Part shown: positions 38,402-52,430 of the stretch, in pieces
Layout: every line of letters starts with the position of its first letter
How positions within the stretch are numbered: the stretch's first letter is position 1
Assembly: GCF_009834535.1 (NCBI RefSeq)
Contig: NC_045696.1
Span: forward strand, 46,006,001 to 46,070,000
DNA: 64,000 nucleotides
Direction: 5' to 3'
DNA from: Camelus ferus
Lineage: Eukaryota
Notes under the pieces: generated by a model
What the model was told of the DNA's origin: nothing
The model's input: the letters and a program-made list of their open reading frames with translations, nothing else
The model's database searches: none
Program-made: the position numbers and the translations under genes

Positions 38402-39899
38402 GACGGTGTTACTGGAGCTCAGGGTAGAGGTCATCAGTAAGAGCTAGAACCACAAAGGAGACACAGCCAGTGCCGGACACCGAGGCAGGGAGAAAGGGAA
38501 AACACTCCAGTTGCTCCCTCTTCCTGCTCTCCGGTCTGTTCCAGTGCCTCACATTGGCCTAACTTAAGCAACACTAGTTGGCAAGAGATCTGGGAAATGT
38601 CATTTGCAAGGGTCAACCCCTTGGTACAGAAGAGAGCAGGGAAGGGTAGGGGTGGATCTAAAAGTGTCAGGAAGGACTAGCACAGTAGAGGTACGAGTTC
38701 TGGGGCTATGAAGCGTTAGATTTCTGAAATGAGGTCCAGTTTGACCCTGAAAAAGCATGTGTATCTGAACTGAAAATAGTGAGCAAACGTGAAGCAACCT
38801 CTGCCGTCTCTTCTCGGCAGACTGGAGCTACCTACCCTCAAAGAACCTCCGGAGCCTGGGCTGGAAACAGGCTGTGAGATACCCGGAAACAACGGCATTA
38901 GTGAACTAACCACACTCCAGTTCCCTCTACCCCTGGGGTGTAAGAGGACCGAAATGCTTTTGAACCAAATAAGCCTCCTCTGGGGCCATCCTTGATTTCA
39001 CTGACAGCTGGAGGAAATGATCCCTCAAATTACTATTCCCCCAGTGCCCATCAGAATGCTGGGAATACAGGAGATATGTAATTAAAATGAATGAATACTT
39101 CTTGAGTTTTGTTTTTCTTTAATGTATCAAGAAGCTTGCTCAGCCCTCTCCACTAATTCTATTACCTTCCGAGTCATCCTGGAAAGACTAAGATATGTTC
39201 GATATTTGGAGGACGTATTTATCAATCTATGTTCTGCAGTTTCATTTTGATGAAGTAAAGATCCCTTTTATCATTAAAATGTCTTTTCCAAGAGGGGGAC
39301 TTAATTATGCTGTTGACTATACAGACACATTTATGTTCAGGTAAATAAATGCAAACAGGACAGCAGAAGATCACCAAGGAGAATGTCTTCTCCTTCAAAC
39401 TCCAGACGTATAGAAAAGAATGCAACAGAATCTTACAGATGATAAGGAACCCAGTTTCCTATGCAATGCAAAAATTTCTACATAGGATCTTAGAAAGTGA
39501 TCATCTGTCCTTTCATTCATAATACTCAAAATTCAACTTTTTAATTCATAAAATTAAGAAAAAAACTTATGGACTTACTATGGACCTATTATGCTCCAGG
39601 CCCTCCTCTGTGTGTCTAGGTACAGAAATGCATGTGAATTACAAGGTCCCCCCTCTCATGAAGATTTCGTTCATAGTGAGGAGGAGGGGAAAAGAGAAAG
39701 TAAAAGAAGCAAAGAAAAGAAAATAATTTCATATCATGATAAATGCTTAGAATGGGGGTTGAGAAATGCTTTTGGAGACAGTGATATGGAGACTGAAAAG
39801 TGAGAACCGTATGAAACTTCATGGGTGGAAGATCCAAGGCAAATGTGATAGCCCTGAGACGGGAATGAGCTTGACATGTTGAAGTGAGGGCGTGCCAGA

Positions 39900-40092
39900 A
39901 AGCCGCAGAGCAAGTCTTCCCTGGAGTGTTAGAAATGTGTACGAGCATGTCTGATGGTCACATGATAGCTGGGGGGTGTTGCTGCTATTTCCTGAACAGG
40001 GGCCAAGGATGCTAAATATCTAGCACTATTCGAAACAGTCTGATCCAGAAATTTCCCACCCAAAATACCAGGACTTCCTTTGAGCAACCCTG
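39900..40092. mobile_element. MER20-like hAT MITE inside an L2 remnant (about 39540-40230)
   Basis: ggggccaaggatgctaaatatc...cccacccaaaatacca...ttgagcaaccctg. Confidence 0.55.
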
Positions 40093-42134
40093 ACAGAGAA
40101 CAGTGAGTGAAAGAGAAATTGATAAAGAGGAAGTCAGAGAACTAGACAGGGGAACATCAGAGAGGGCTTCAGGGCCAGAGTGAGAGTGAAGAAGTGCAAA
40201 CAAAGTCATCAAAGGCCCTGTAAGCAAAGGGATGCTTTCAAAAGTCCTAGAGACAGGAAGCATAACGCCTTCATGCAATGTTCTGTTCCACCACAGAGGC
40301 ATGATTTAGAGGATTCTTTTTATACTTGAGTCTTATTTTTATAATTTCCTCTGAAATTCCTACAACCACAAAGGGAAGCCCTAGAAAATGTTCCCTCTTT
40401 GTCTGATTCCCCACTTTCAGATTCCATCACACCCTGGTCTGGGACCAGTTCTGCACTCATCAGAGGGAATTCCACAACTCACAGGTCCATATCTCAAGTG
40501 AAAATGAAACAATTTTCTCACTTCCTTGTTGTCCCCACTTTATTCTTGTCCCTATTTCTTCTTAGGAACTGGCTGCTGGGACTCATCCCACCATGTTCTA
40601 TTCCAGATAATTACTTCTACTCAGATAGAGGGCCTGCAATTGATAGCTGCCAAGAACATTCATTCTCCTACAACTAGACCCACTTGGTTTTTGACCACAC
40701 TTTCAGCATTCAGATCCTGCCCATGAACCTTAGGCCCACAGCAGATGTTCTATTACTTCCAACCAGACTTTCCTAATGCCCACCATATGGCTACCTGGCT
40801 GCATACCCATGTGTTGTCTTGTTGCCAGACCTGTCTGTGCTCATGCCGTGCCCATCTGCTAAGACCACCCATAGGGAAGCAGGCCACTGTCGCAAGACAA
40901 GTGACTTGGGAATCAAACCTGGGTGTGAATCTTGATACCATAGTTTAGTAACTGTGGAATTCTCTGTAATTCTTTTTAAGAAGTCTTAGTTTTCTAAGCA
41001 GTGATGGTAGTGATGAATAATGATACCTGCCTCAAAGCTCTGTAATAAGTAAATGAACATGACATTAGCATTTAAATGCAGCCATTGTAAGCTTTATTTA
41101 ACGGTCATCACTGGACCTTCCTAATAAAGGCCAAAGGCTTACACCCATCACCAGCACATTGGATTCTGTGCCCTCAACAGCCCTTTGTCCTCCCTGAGCT
41201 CTGCTCCATGCCATTGAGTGTGCCTGCCTGCAGGTTCTGGTCCCCTGTCATCAAAGAACTGAACTGTAAGCACAACTCTAAATCAGTCTATCTGCTCAGT
41301 AAACCAAGTCACAAAAGACTATTGAGCAGGAGTGGGTGGGTGTACACAGGAAGAGGTCGATGCTTAGAGGTATTCTTGGAATGTTAAAAAGGTAGGGCAA
41401 TTGTTGAGGATAAAGCTAAACGGGAGGATTGAGACAGGAGAAAATAGCAGGGAGTGGGAAGCGAGAACAAAGAAACTCTCATCCTCAATTATCCTGACAC
41501 CTCTGGGTTTGGCCTACATTAGCAGGATCTCTGTTTAGATCCTGATTTTGCTTTGGCTGTAGAGGCCTCTCCTGGGGGGCCTGCAGGGGAATTTCATCAC
41601 CCATCCTCCCACTTCTCTCTCTCTCCAGTGGTTTTCACTGACGAGGAGGAAGGGAACTACCCAATAAAACTAGGTCCCTTCCATACAACACAGCTGCTTT
41701 TCTTCATAGAGATTTACTGTTGACAAGTAATTTATGCTGCTTCCAATTACTAAGTGCTATCACTGAGGGATGGAGGAGGAAAGAACTAGAGACTAGATTG
41801 CCTGGGAGTGTTCCTAGTGTCGTTTGTTGTAACAGGTGGCCTGAAGAACTGCTGCCTTGAAGCTGGGCCACAGCTGCTCTCCGCTGGCTGGACTGATGCA
41901 GAAACCTCACCGAACCTGCAGCAGGCATGACCCAGGCGCACCAAGGGAACAGCTGCCTCTGCGTTCACCAGGGGAAGGAAGCGGGCACGGATTTGAAAAG
42001 AGAATATTCTAAGAACCAGAGTGCAAAGGGATGGTTTGATTCCACTTAATTTTATTATTTGTTATAAACAGTTTATAAAAACACACTGAGTGAATTATGA
42101 TGTATCTTTAGAGGGTTTTCACTAGTGTTGCCGA

Positions 42135-42290
42135 CCAGTGCATCTCAGACTGTGATGTGCATACAAACCACCTGGGGACTTGGTTACACTTCAGATTCAG
42201 TGGTCGGGTGTGTGCCTGGGATTCTGCATTTCTGACAAGTTCCAGGAGATGCCAGGTCTGCTGGTCCGACAGATGACACCAAGTAAAAGG
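42135..42290. mobile_element. MER5A-like hAT-Charlie MITE
   Basis: tgtgcatacaaaccacctggggacttggtt...gggattctgcatttctgacaagttccaggagatgcc. Confidence 0.75.
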
Positions 42291-44139
42291 CCATCAACTA
42301 CACAGCACTTCAGAATATGAGACTGGTAAAAACACTGTTCAGCTGTCAAATGTTAGAGATGGTCTATTAGTAGGGAATGAAAATAAACTACATACTGATG
42401 AGATTTTTAAAGGAAACTGAATGACTGAAGAAGTCTTTAATATTAATGATTTAAAACTTACTCTTTTGACCTCTTAGACTTCTACTCATATACTTGGGCT
42501 TAAAAGTACCCATTACAATTATGTAAGAAATGGCTTAGTGTATGAATATTTCAATTTCTGAGAAATTTAACTACAGCCTTTTCTATATTATTTTGACCAT
42601 ACAATCAAGCAACCAAGGGATTCTTTAAATTATTGAATTCAGCAATTTAACTATATTCAAAGTTTTAGAAAGGCTTTTTCCTCCACTTTGGCAAAATGTT
42701 TAATTCTGAGGTATTACAAGTCAGTAGAAGTTGAGACAAGTATCAGTGGGGATGCACTACATAGACGAGGTGCTGAGAAGAAGTGCAAGGATGATTCATC
42801 ACGTGTGCCTTAGCTGATAGAAAAAGACTATTTGGCAATATTAAACCTATGTTTAAACCTTTGATCCTCTCCCTGTTCCCCAATGCCACCATCACTGCTC
42901 CAAAAACAAGAGGAGATGAAAAAAGTAAGTTCCTATGAGTCAGGAGAAGGAACATGAGAGCCTGGCACTGCCACTGTGGGGAGCTGGTGAGAGGAAGAAA
43001 GGGACAGAGCAAGTGTTGCCCTGCCCTCCCTTTCAGCCAATGCCAGAGACATGGTAAAGAGACTGCAGGTCGAGTCAAAAGTCAGCATGGCCCCATTTGT
43101 GTCTGAGACAGTGAGGTGATGATTTAACCAGCCCTCCTCAGATCAGCAAGGGATGGCCACTGCAGTGAGAAGAGATGGGGTGTCATTGTTGGTCAGAGTT
43201 AGAAGGCCTGCACCTGACTCTCTGGAGGCTTCCTGTTCCTGAGGGCATGAACAGTAGAGGTTTCCACAAGCAGCATGGAGGGTGCAGAAGATAGTTGATA
43301 ATGCTGGCTGGCAAGAAAGGTCGATGGCCCAGAGGCGGGAAGTGGCAGGAAAGACCAGAGTTGAGAATCAAATCAGTGCAAGCAGATTTCAGGGAGGCCC
43401 ACAGGGCCACCAGAGGCAAGGGGAGGCTGGGTCTTCAGGGTAGTCCCTGGGGACGTGACCGAGCCAGAGGGACGAGACCTCAACCTGAGCCGACCTGAGC
43501 AGCAGGTAAGGAAAACTGCTGCCAGAGGAGAGGATGCAGTGCCGGGACCTGCTCACGGCTCCTGGGCTCCCACCATTCTTCCCCAGCACCATCGGGCAAG
43601 TCACATCCGCCTCCACACACCCCAACAGAGTTCTGGAAAAAAAATGTGAGTGGGAGGTAAAAATCTGAAAGATCAGGACTTGATCTAAGAGACTCTGCTT
43701 TACCTTAAGAATCTGTATAAATTACTGAACTAGAATGACAAAATTTGGGCGTTTTGTTCCCACCTCCCTCACTATCTAGATAAAAGGGGGTTCCTAAGGA
43801 CGATCAAATCTACAAAAAAAAAAAGTTATCTTTCCTCCACACAGCTCCACATAGTGTGCATTTAATCCTCGAGCCTGCTTCACCCCTAGTAAATCATCAC
43901 ATTTCAGTCAGTGGGCCACCTCATTCTGAGGTGGAGGCACTGAGTTTTGGGTCTCCAATCTATCACAGCTCTCCCCAGCTCTGGCCATCTGTGGGCTGAG
44001 TTCTAATCATGGCCTCCGCCACCGCTAACTGTTAGGAACCTTCCTGCCGTAAACCTGAGGGAACCCCATAGCCTGAGTCCACTCCAGGATTTGCCCTGGC
44101 TTTGAAAATGTGTGTGACAATTTCCTGAGTGTGTTCAGG

Positions 44140-44340
44140 AAATAGAATCAAAAGAGCAGGAGCTTTGGAAACTCTGTGTTGGATTCTGCTTCAGGCATTT
44201 ATCATCTGTCTCTGGCTGTGGAAAAGCTACTTTTCCTTTCGAGCCTCCTTCTGTAAAGTGGAGCTATTAATATCTACTTTTAGGACTATTATAAGGATTA
44301 ACAATAAATCAATAAATCAGGGTCATAATATGTTATTCTA
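44140..44340 (+). mobile_element. MIR SINE
   Basis: aaagagcaggagctttgga...gagcctccttctgtaaagtggagctattaatatctacttttaggactattataaggattaa. Confidence 0.6.
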
Positions 44341-44473
44341 GTTCCTTCCACTGTGTCCAGAGCCTTGTAATAGCCTATTCAACTGGGACCACAGACCTCT
44401 GCTCCTCTCACCACAGAGAGTTTATTCCTTGTTACTACCAGCTCTCTATGCATTTTCCTTCTTCTCGAATAGA

Positions 44474-44870
44474 TGTCATGGGTGCTCTGTGTTGACACTC
44501 AGAATCCACTTCAGGACCAAAGGATGCATTTCCCCCACTGATGACAGACACTGTCAGTTCTCTCTCGGATTTCCTTAGCCAAAATTACACCCTCTTCCTG
44601 GAGGGGCAACCTTCTAGTGGACACAGAAGGATAAAGGCCAGTCTCCCTGGCCCAAGCCAGGGAAACTGTGGGAGGTCATCCCACCTTCAGACCAAGGCTA
44701 GCCAAGAAAGACTTTGTGGTGGCTGAACCACAGTCCACTTTTCCTTCAGCCCAGTCCTGCTTCCCTGTCTTTCACCTATAGATACTGATCCTAAGAGCCC
44801 TCCCCAGTAAGCATTCTACATGCCGGTCTTGGGCTCAGAGTTGGCCTTTTGGAGAACCCATCTGGTGACA
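44474..44870 (+). mobile_element. LTR16-like ERVL LTR
   Basis: TG...CA ends; cagcccagtcctgcttccc...tgatcctaagagccctccccagtaagcattctacatgcc...ggagaacccatctggtgaca. Confidence 0.65.
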
Positions 44871-46108
44871 AGAGGTTACCACAATCCTTCACTCAAAACC
44901 ACTTAACTAGCTATTATTGTTGACACTGTGAAATCATCTTAACACAAAATTGGGTAAAGTAAACACGCATAACCCTTTTGGCCACTATTTTTGGATGGCT
45001 GCTACCTGTTAAAGCCGATGTAATCCCTGAGTCCTGGTCTTTCCTTCCTATTGGCCTTCCACAGTCTGCTCACCAGCCAAACACGTCCAGGGTGGCCACT
45101 ACTTACACAGTGGCTTTAGGATACTTGCCACACTGGAGTGCTGGCTAACACAACTATAGCCTTTAGCCTTTCTTTGACCCAGAACAGAAATTCGCAACCA
45201 CAAGAAGGTTTTTATATCATTGTCTCCAATCGATATGAATAAACTATGTCTAGCTATAGGAAACTGTCAATTCCCCTATACAGACTAAGCACCTGCTCCT
45301 ATTGTTGCCCTGCTATATACAAACAGACCATTTTGCAAAATTAGTAGGACAGATATGTTCCAGAAGCTGCAATACAAGCAGTACCCAATGTGGAGATAGG
45401 CTGTGTTCCCTAAGTTAATTGGCAAGTTGGCTATTTGGAACTCAGAATTATCGCAGAAGCAGTGTTATAAATGATGGCCAGATTCACAGTATTGTGCGCA
45501 AGACCGGGTAAACTCACAATGTAATTAAAATGATATGGCCTTTAATAATGGACTGCTCTTTAGGGGAAAAATATCTTTCACAGGGCATAAGATGTAAACT
45601 ATGTGGCACAAGGAACATGCATCTCTCTCTCTCTCTCTCACTCACACAGCTGTACTCTCTTCTATGCCACACATTTGCTGTAATCACCCATTTTCAAGAT
45701 GGCAACAGGCAATGAACCTGGCCCTTGTCCTCTGTCTCCTCTAGAACTTGAACACAAATATAATGTAGACTTGGTGGACTCTGGCTTCTAGCAGATGATA
45801 AGCAAATTACAGAGGCTTCAAGAACGTTTCTGGATCCCTGGATCATGAGGAGAACACTCCCTGGCACTACACTGTACACCTGTAGTTTGAGAGTTCTAGT
45901 ACGTTTGCAAAGGAATAAATCCCAAAGGAACAATATTATTTCCTATGTATAAGCCCAACAGAGAATGGCTGAGGCCAGAAAACCTATCCTCTAGTTTTAA
46001 TGTATCCTACAACAATTCTATCTTACCACACATATGCAAAAGAATATCCTCCTAAAATGATATTTTTACAAGGTCTCCTGAAGCAGAAAAATATATCTGT
46101 AGCCAAAA

Positions 46109-46298
46109 GGGCATTTTCTCAAAATGCAATCCCTTGCTCAACAGCATCAGCATCACAAACAAACTTGTTAGAAATGCTAATTTTGGATACTACCCCATAC
46201 CTATATTAAGTCAGAAACTCTGGGTTTGGTGCCTGGCAATCTGTGTTTTAACAAGCCCTCCAGGTTATTCTGCATACACTAAAGTTTGAGAACCACTG
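46109..46298 (+). mobile_element. MER5A (hAT-Charlie MITE)
   Basis: cagcatcagcatcac...cttgttagaaatgc...tcagaaactctggg...aatctgtgttttaacaagccctccaggt...aaagtttgagaaccactg. Confidence 0.92.
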
Positions 46299-49200
46299 AC
46301 CCAGTGGTTTTGAAAAAATGATGTAGGAAAATCAAGATGAATTTCTTTTTAAAAAGAAATGACTAGTAACACTGTCAATGTAATTATTCTACATATAGCA
46401 TAAAATATTATTCTTATGAGATACCCAAGAATTCAACTCAAAAAAATGTTTATTCCATGTCTCGTATGTGTAGGCTACTATTTTGTCTGCTAAGGAAAAT
46501 TAAAATGAGAGTGGGTTAAATGGTGAGTGGAGTACAAATCAAAAAACTTTCAACCTTATGAGGTTGAAGGGGAAAAGGTAACTAGAACTAACAAATACCA
46601 GAGAGATTATTTGTAATTTTACAGAAAATGAAAAATAAAATGTTATGGGGAAAAGAAAAAAAAATAACTTTAGAAGAAGAAATCAGAAAAAGTTTTGTGG
46701 CAACATCAGAGTCAGACCTTGAAAGACAGGTATACATTTTGAAAACAGAAGCCATGTTGGGAAGAGGGGGGATGGAGGCCCATGGATTTGGTGAAGAGCA
46801 GTTTCCCAGGAAAGGAGAACACATGAGCAAAAACTAAGGTGTACAAAAGCATGATACAAATCTTGCTCTAAGGTGTGTCATAAATGCGTCTAGTTGTGAT
46901 TAAATAAATTCTCAACTCTCGGGACAGCTGGGTGAACAGTGGAGTAGCCAGAGACCAAAGGCCAATTACCACTGTCAGAAGTAATTGTGCACAGCTACAC
47001 CAGCGTGACTTACTAATGTTATTCCATGCATACTATGACACCAAAGAACTTGCTTAGGGAATCAAGATAAATGCATAGAGTTTAGTCACTGAGTAGCTAA
47101 GGAGAAGGGGTGGGAAGGTTATGTGTACCATATTCAGTAGACTGGATCTTATTTAGAAGGTGACAGTGTGCTTGGACTCCCCCCCCACCCAAAAAAGGCA
47201 TGATTTGCCCTGGCTTGTAAAATGATCATACACAATATGTAGGTAGATTTAGACTGAAAACAGATGGAATCAAGAAAATCAGTTAGGATTTTACCAAATT
47301 AGGGCAGACAGGAAGTATTAAGAGCCTAAACTATTGTGGATCAGAATAGGAAAGGAAAGAGTTGCAAGATAATTAGTTCAATTCACTAATTGATTGTCTA
47401 TGACACAGAAAATACATTTTGTCACTTTAGAGAAAACAAAAATGGCAAAGACTATCCTTTGTTTTAAATAAATTAAAATCTGTTAGGCAGAGTTATAAGA
47501 CCACTATAAAATTATGATAAACAGTAAAATAATTATAATAAAGGAAGCATACAGTGTTATAAAGGTTTAAATAATCACAAGGTCACTTTTATATGGAGGA
47601 GTCAGTAGTTATTTCACGGATAAAGTACTGGTTTAAAGTACATGGATAAAGGACGAAAAGTGAGTATGTACAACAAAATATTGAGTATAGTACTCAAAAA
47701 CTGAAATAATCTCTGCATGACAAAAGAAACTTCCTAACCCTACTGCAAAGCCCACCCCGTTGACAAAAATTCTGCATACTATGGATTCAGTAACCGTATT
47801 TCCTATATAATGACAATAATCAATCTTCTCTATTTAGGAGAAATAGTAAGACTTGTGGGACCCAGAAAAAAGAGAAATTTTGGAATAAATATCAAAGAAA
47901 ATTGAGAGATGATACAATATAGAACAAAACTTGTATTAAGAACAAATGGAGGCCTAAGAATGGATAGGCCCGTTTAGGAAAAAAAAAAATGGTAAAATAT
48001 TAACAGATAACAAAGACCAAAGACCTATTCAACTTTTGTATTTCTTCCATTTTCATCACTGAAATGAATGATACTCTTGAAACCCTTGTAAAACACTAGA
48101 TGGAAGAATAGTCCTGGAATGATTAAAGAAAAAAGATACTTACATAATAAAATAAGAGTATATTTAATGATGCAAGTCTCCATATTAATATTATACTCCA
48201 AAGCATAAAACACAGAATTCATATAGTTTTTAAGAATCTCAAATGATGGAATAGAAGCAAATTTCTTAAATGAGTATAACAGTTCCAGAAACTATCTGAG
48301 GTTTGACTTTGACTTGGAGAAGACCTCAAAGGGGGCTTATTAGATGGTTAAGGAAAATAAGAAAAAAAAGAAGATAATTCCTGAAAACAATATGAAATAC
48401 AGTCTTCTCAAATGTATGGTTTTAATTTTTACTGAACTATGAATTAATATAATAATTAAATCCTCCTTTAGGATTTTCAAAACATCTTGACAGCCATAAC
48501 ACCAATGACCGAGGAAAAATATCTTATAGGGTAGGCAGCAATAGAGAGGCAATTATTCCTATGTCACAGGGCAGTTCTTAGAATTAAAACAGATAGTACA
48601 TACTACATAAGATGACATAGATTTCATTTCTCTTTGCTCTTCCCCATTAAGAACAAATATAGCCCAGGAAATAATGCAAGAGGTAAGCAAAAAAGAACCC
48701 TGAAACGTGTAAAGAGAAAGAGAAACTGATTATGGAATCCAGGACTGGAGGAATACAGCAGTAGTGTTTCTCATGACCTCCAATTCAACAAAAGAAGGCA
48801 ACCCATTTCCCAACATTCAGCTTATCAACAGAAGGTGTCCCATATAGATTCATTTTTTCCCCACATCAAATGGGAGTCCCAACACTAAGTGAGCCCAGAA
48901 ATAACTGGCAGAGGAGATCAGACAGAAACCCCACTGACAATTAAAGACAAGAGAGAGCACTCTCCTCTGCTGGGCGTGAGACTGCCCTCTCCCACTGAGA
49001 GTCATCAGATGGTACTAGCAAGGTGGAATCCCACCACATCAAATGACCCAGCTCAGGAAGCCTCCTAGTACCAACAGGTTAGAGAATCTTCTCTTCTAGA
49101 TACTACCAAATCAGCAATGACATAAAACATCTAAACTACACAATAAATCAAAAGGATTCTAATTTATATACATAGATCCCTTCCACTCAACAACACAAAA

Positions 49201-49594
49201 AGCTTTTTTAAAGTGCCCATGGAAGCTTTATCAAGACAAACCATATCCTAGGTCACAAAATAAATCTCAAGAAATTTAAAATAATTAAAATCATAAAATA
49301 AATTCTTTGACCACAATAAAATCAAACCAAAAACTGATAACAGAAAATCAACATAAAATCTCTAAATATGTGGAAATTAAATGACTCATGTCTCAATAAT
49401 CCATAAGCCAAAGAGGAACTCTCAAAGGAAATTTTAAAAAATACAAATAACTGAATAAAAATCAGGATACAATATATAAAAATATGTAGAATACAACTAA
49501 AATTTTCCTGAGAGGAAAATTTATAGCACTAAATGCCTACATTAGAAAAGAGAAAAGGCTTAAAATTAATAACCTAAGTTGTTACTTCAAAAAC

Positions 49595-49760
49595 TAAACA
49601 AGGTCCTACTGTGTAGCACAGGGAACTATAGTCAATAATTTGTAATAGCCTATAATGAAAAAGCGTATGAAAAGGAATACATATAACTAAATCATTATGC
49701 TGTACACCAGAAATTAACACAACATTGTAAACCAACTATACTTCAATGAACAAAAAAAGA
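49595..49760 (+). mobile_element. short younger L1 3'-end insertion
   Basis: aacaaggtcctactgtgtagcacagggaactata...atgctgtacaccagaaattaacacaacattgtaaaccaactatacttcaa; same family as 11530-12250. Confidence 0.88.
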
Positions 49761-49811
49761 GAAACATAAGCAGAAAACAAGCAAAAGGAAGATAATAAAG
49801 ATAAAAGCAAA

Positions 49812-49908
49812 GGGGAGGGGAATAGCCCAGTGGTAGAACATGTGCTCAGGCATGCACCAGATGCTGGGTTCAATCCCCAGTACCTCCATTAAGAAGAATA
49901 ATAATAAG
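49812..49908 (+). mobile_element. tRNA-derived camelid SINE (vic-1-like), short form
   Basis: ggggaggggaatagcccagtggtagaac...gggttcaatccccagtacctccatt. TSD taaagataaaagcaaa (49796-49811) / taaagataagagcaga (49909-49924). Confidence 0.92.
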
Positions 49909-50764
49909 TAAAGATAAGAGCAGAAATTATTAAAACTGGAAACAGGAAAACAACAGAGAATAATCAATTAAGCAAAAAACTACCTATTCAAAAAAATCAT
50001 AAAATTGGCAAACCTCTAGCAAAACTAGTGAGACAGAAGATACAAATCCATTATAAAAAATGAAATAAGATATCACAACAGATTCTGCAACCACTTAAAA
50101 ATGATACAGGAATACTACAAGCAACTTTATGTTCATATTTTCAACAAGTTAGATGAAACGTACCAACTCCCTGAAAATCACAAACTACCAAATATCTATT
50201 AAGATGATGTAAATAATCTCAATAGTCCTATAATCATTAAAGATACTGAATTCATAACTTGAAACTTCCAAAATATAAATCTCCAGCCAAATGGTTCCAC
50301 TGGAGAACTCTATTAAATGCTTAAAGAAGAAATATACATTCTCTTCCAGAAGACAAAAGAGGGAACACTTCTAAGCTTATTTTATGAGGCCAGTATTACC
50401 CAAATATCAAAATTAGACAGACAGGTCAAAAAGCAAAAACTGCAAACCAGTGTCTCTTATGAACCAAAATGCAAAAATGCTCAAAAATGTTGGCAAATCA
50501 AATTAAGCAATGTATAAAATGAATTAAACACCATGACCAACTGGGATTTATTCCAGATATAAAAAACTGTCTCAACATTTGAAACTCAATTAACGTAATC
50601 CATACTAACAGCTAAAGAAGAAAAAAAAATTCTCAGCAAGTTAGTAATGGGGAAAACTGCCTTAACTTGATAAAGAGCATCTACAAGAAACCTATAGCTA
50701 ATAACATACTTAATAGTAAAACACTGAATGCTTTCCTCCTAAGATTAAGAACAAGGCAAAGATA

Positions 50765-50947
50765 GATTTAAAAAAAAAAAAAGGTCCTACCGTATAGAAC
50801 AAGGAACTATATTCAATATCTTGTAGTAACCTATAAAGAAAAAAAAATATATATATATACATATATATATGCCTGAATCACTATGCTGTATACAAGAAAC
50901 TAACACAACATTGTAAATCAACTATACTTCAAAAAAAAAAAAAAAAG
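50765..50947 (+). mobile_element. short younger L1 3'-end insertion with poly(A)
   Basis: aaggtcctaccgtatagaacaaggaactatattcaatatc...caactatacttc plus poly(A). TSD aaggcaaagata (50753-50764) / aaggcaaagcta (50948-50959). Confidence 0.9.
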
Positions 50948-51516
50948 AAGGCAAAGCTATCCACTCTCACTTCTCTTAGTCAATGTAGTCCTAGCTACTG
51001 AAGTAAGACAAAAAAAGGAATAAAAGGCATACAGTTTGGAAAGTAAGGACCAAATTTACTTATTTGCAGATTACATAATTTTCTGTGTAGGAAATCAGAA
51101 GGAACCTACAAAAACACTTGTAGAACTAATAACTGAATTCAGCAAGATCAGTTTACAAAAATTAATAGTATTTCTGTATAGTAACAATGAATATGCTGAC
51201 TAGGATTTAAAAACACAGTACCTTTTACAATCACTTCAAAGACACTGAAATACTAGGAATAATCTTACCAAAACATACACAGGATCTGTATGTTTAAAAT
51301 TACAAAATGCTGATGAAAGAAATCAAAGATCTAAATAAATAGAGAGACTTACCACGTTCATGGATTGAAGATTTAATGAAGATGTCAATTCTCCCTAAAT
51401 TGATTTATAGATCTAAAACATTCTATCAAAATCTTAGTAAGGCGTTTTATACATAGACAAGCTTATCTTTATATTTTATGGAAAAATACAGGTCCTAGAA
51501 TAACTAAAACAATTTT

Positions 51517-52430
51517 CCAGCTTAATTAAGATATAACTGACATACAGCACTGTGTAAGTTTAAGGTGTATAGCATAATGATTTGAATGATATGGGTCATG
51601 AAATGATGACCACAATTTAAGTTCAGTGAATATTATCTTATATAGATACAAAATTTAAAAAGAAACAAAATTTTTTTTCTTGTTATGAGAACTTTTAGGA
51701 TTTACTCACTTAACAATGTTCGTGTATAACATACAGTCCGTGTTAATTATATTAATTAGTATCGTACATGCCAGGGCTGGATCCCCGTGCTCATAGTCTA
51801 GAGAACTCCAAAACGGCACTTGCCAGGAGCAGTGTTTTTGTAGTAGAACAAGCTCCCCAAAACGGCTATTGCCAGCATCTGTGTCCCTCAGGGGAGTCGC
51901 GGTGGCCTTATGTCTTTTCTAGGAGGCTTCTCCAAGATCAGCAAGTGGGTCTAATTCAAGCTACTTTCAAATTACTGTCTTGGCTCTGGGTCCCAGAGTG
52001 TGTGAAAGTTTGCACAGGAGCTTTAAGAGTGGAATCTCTATTTCCCACAGCCTCTGGGTCTCCCATGCTCAAGTCCCACTGGCTTTCAAAACCAGAAATT
52101 CCTGGAGCTCATATTCCCGGTGCAGGAGCCCTGGACTGGGGAGCGAGATGTGGGGCTCAGACCCCTTGCTCCTTGGGGAGAACCAGTGCAATTTTGATTA
52201 TTCTCCCATTTGTGGGTCACTTGCCTCAGGATGGGGGTCCTGACATATCTCTGCCCCTCTTACCCATCTCATTCTGGCTCCTTCTTTATATCTTTACTTG
52301 TGAAATTTTTTTTTCAGCTAGTCTGCAGGTCACTGTCATCAATAGTTTCTCTGTGAAGAGTTGTAATGTTGGTGTGCCTATGGGAGATGAACTCAGGGTC
52401 TTCTTACCTGCCATCTTGGCCACTCCTGTC
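51517..52430 (-). mobile_element. internally deleted L1 derivative (5'UTR fused to an L1MA-type 3' end)
   Basis: Minus strand begins gacaggagtggccaagatggcag (L1 5' end with YY1 motif). About 660 bp GC-rich 5'UTR, then about 250 bp of L1 3'UTR. TSD taactaaaacaatttt (51501-51516) / tgactaaaataatttt (52431-52446). Confidence 0.85.
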
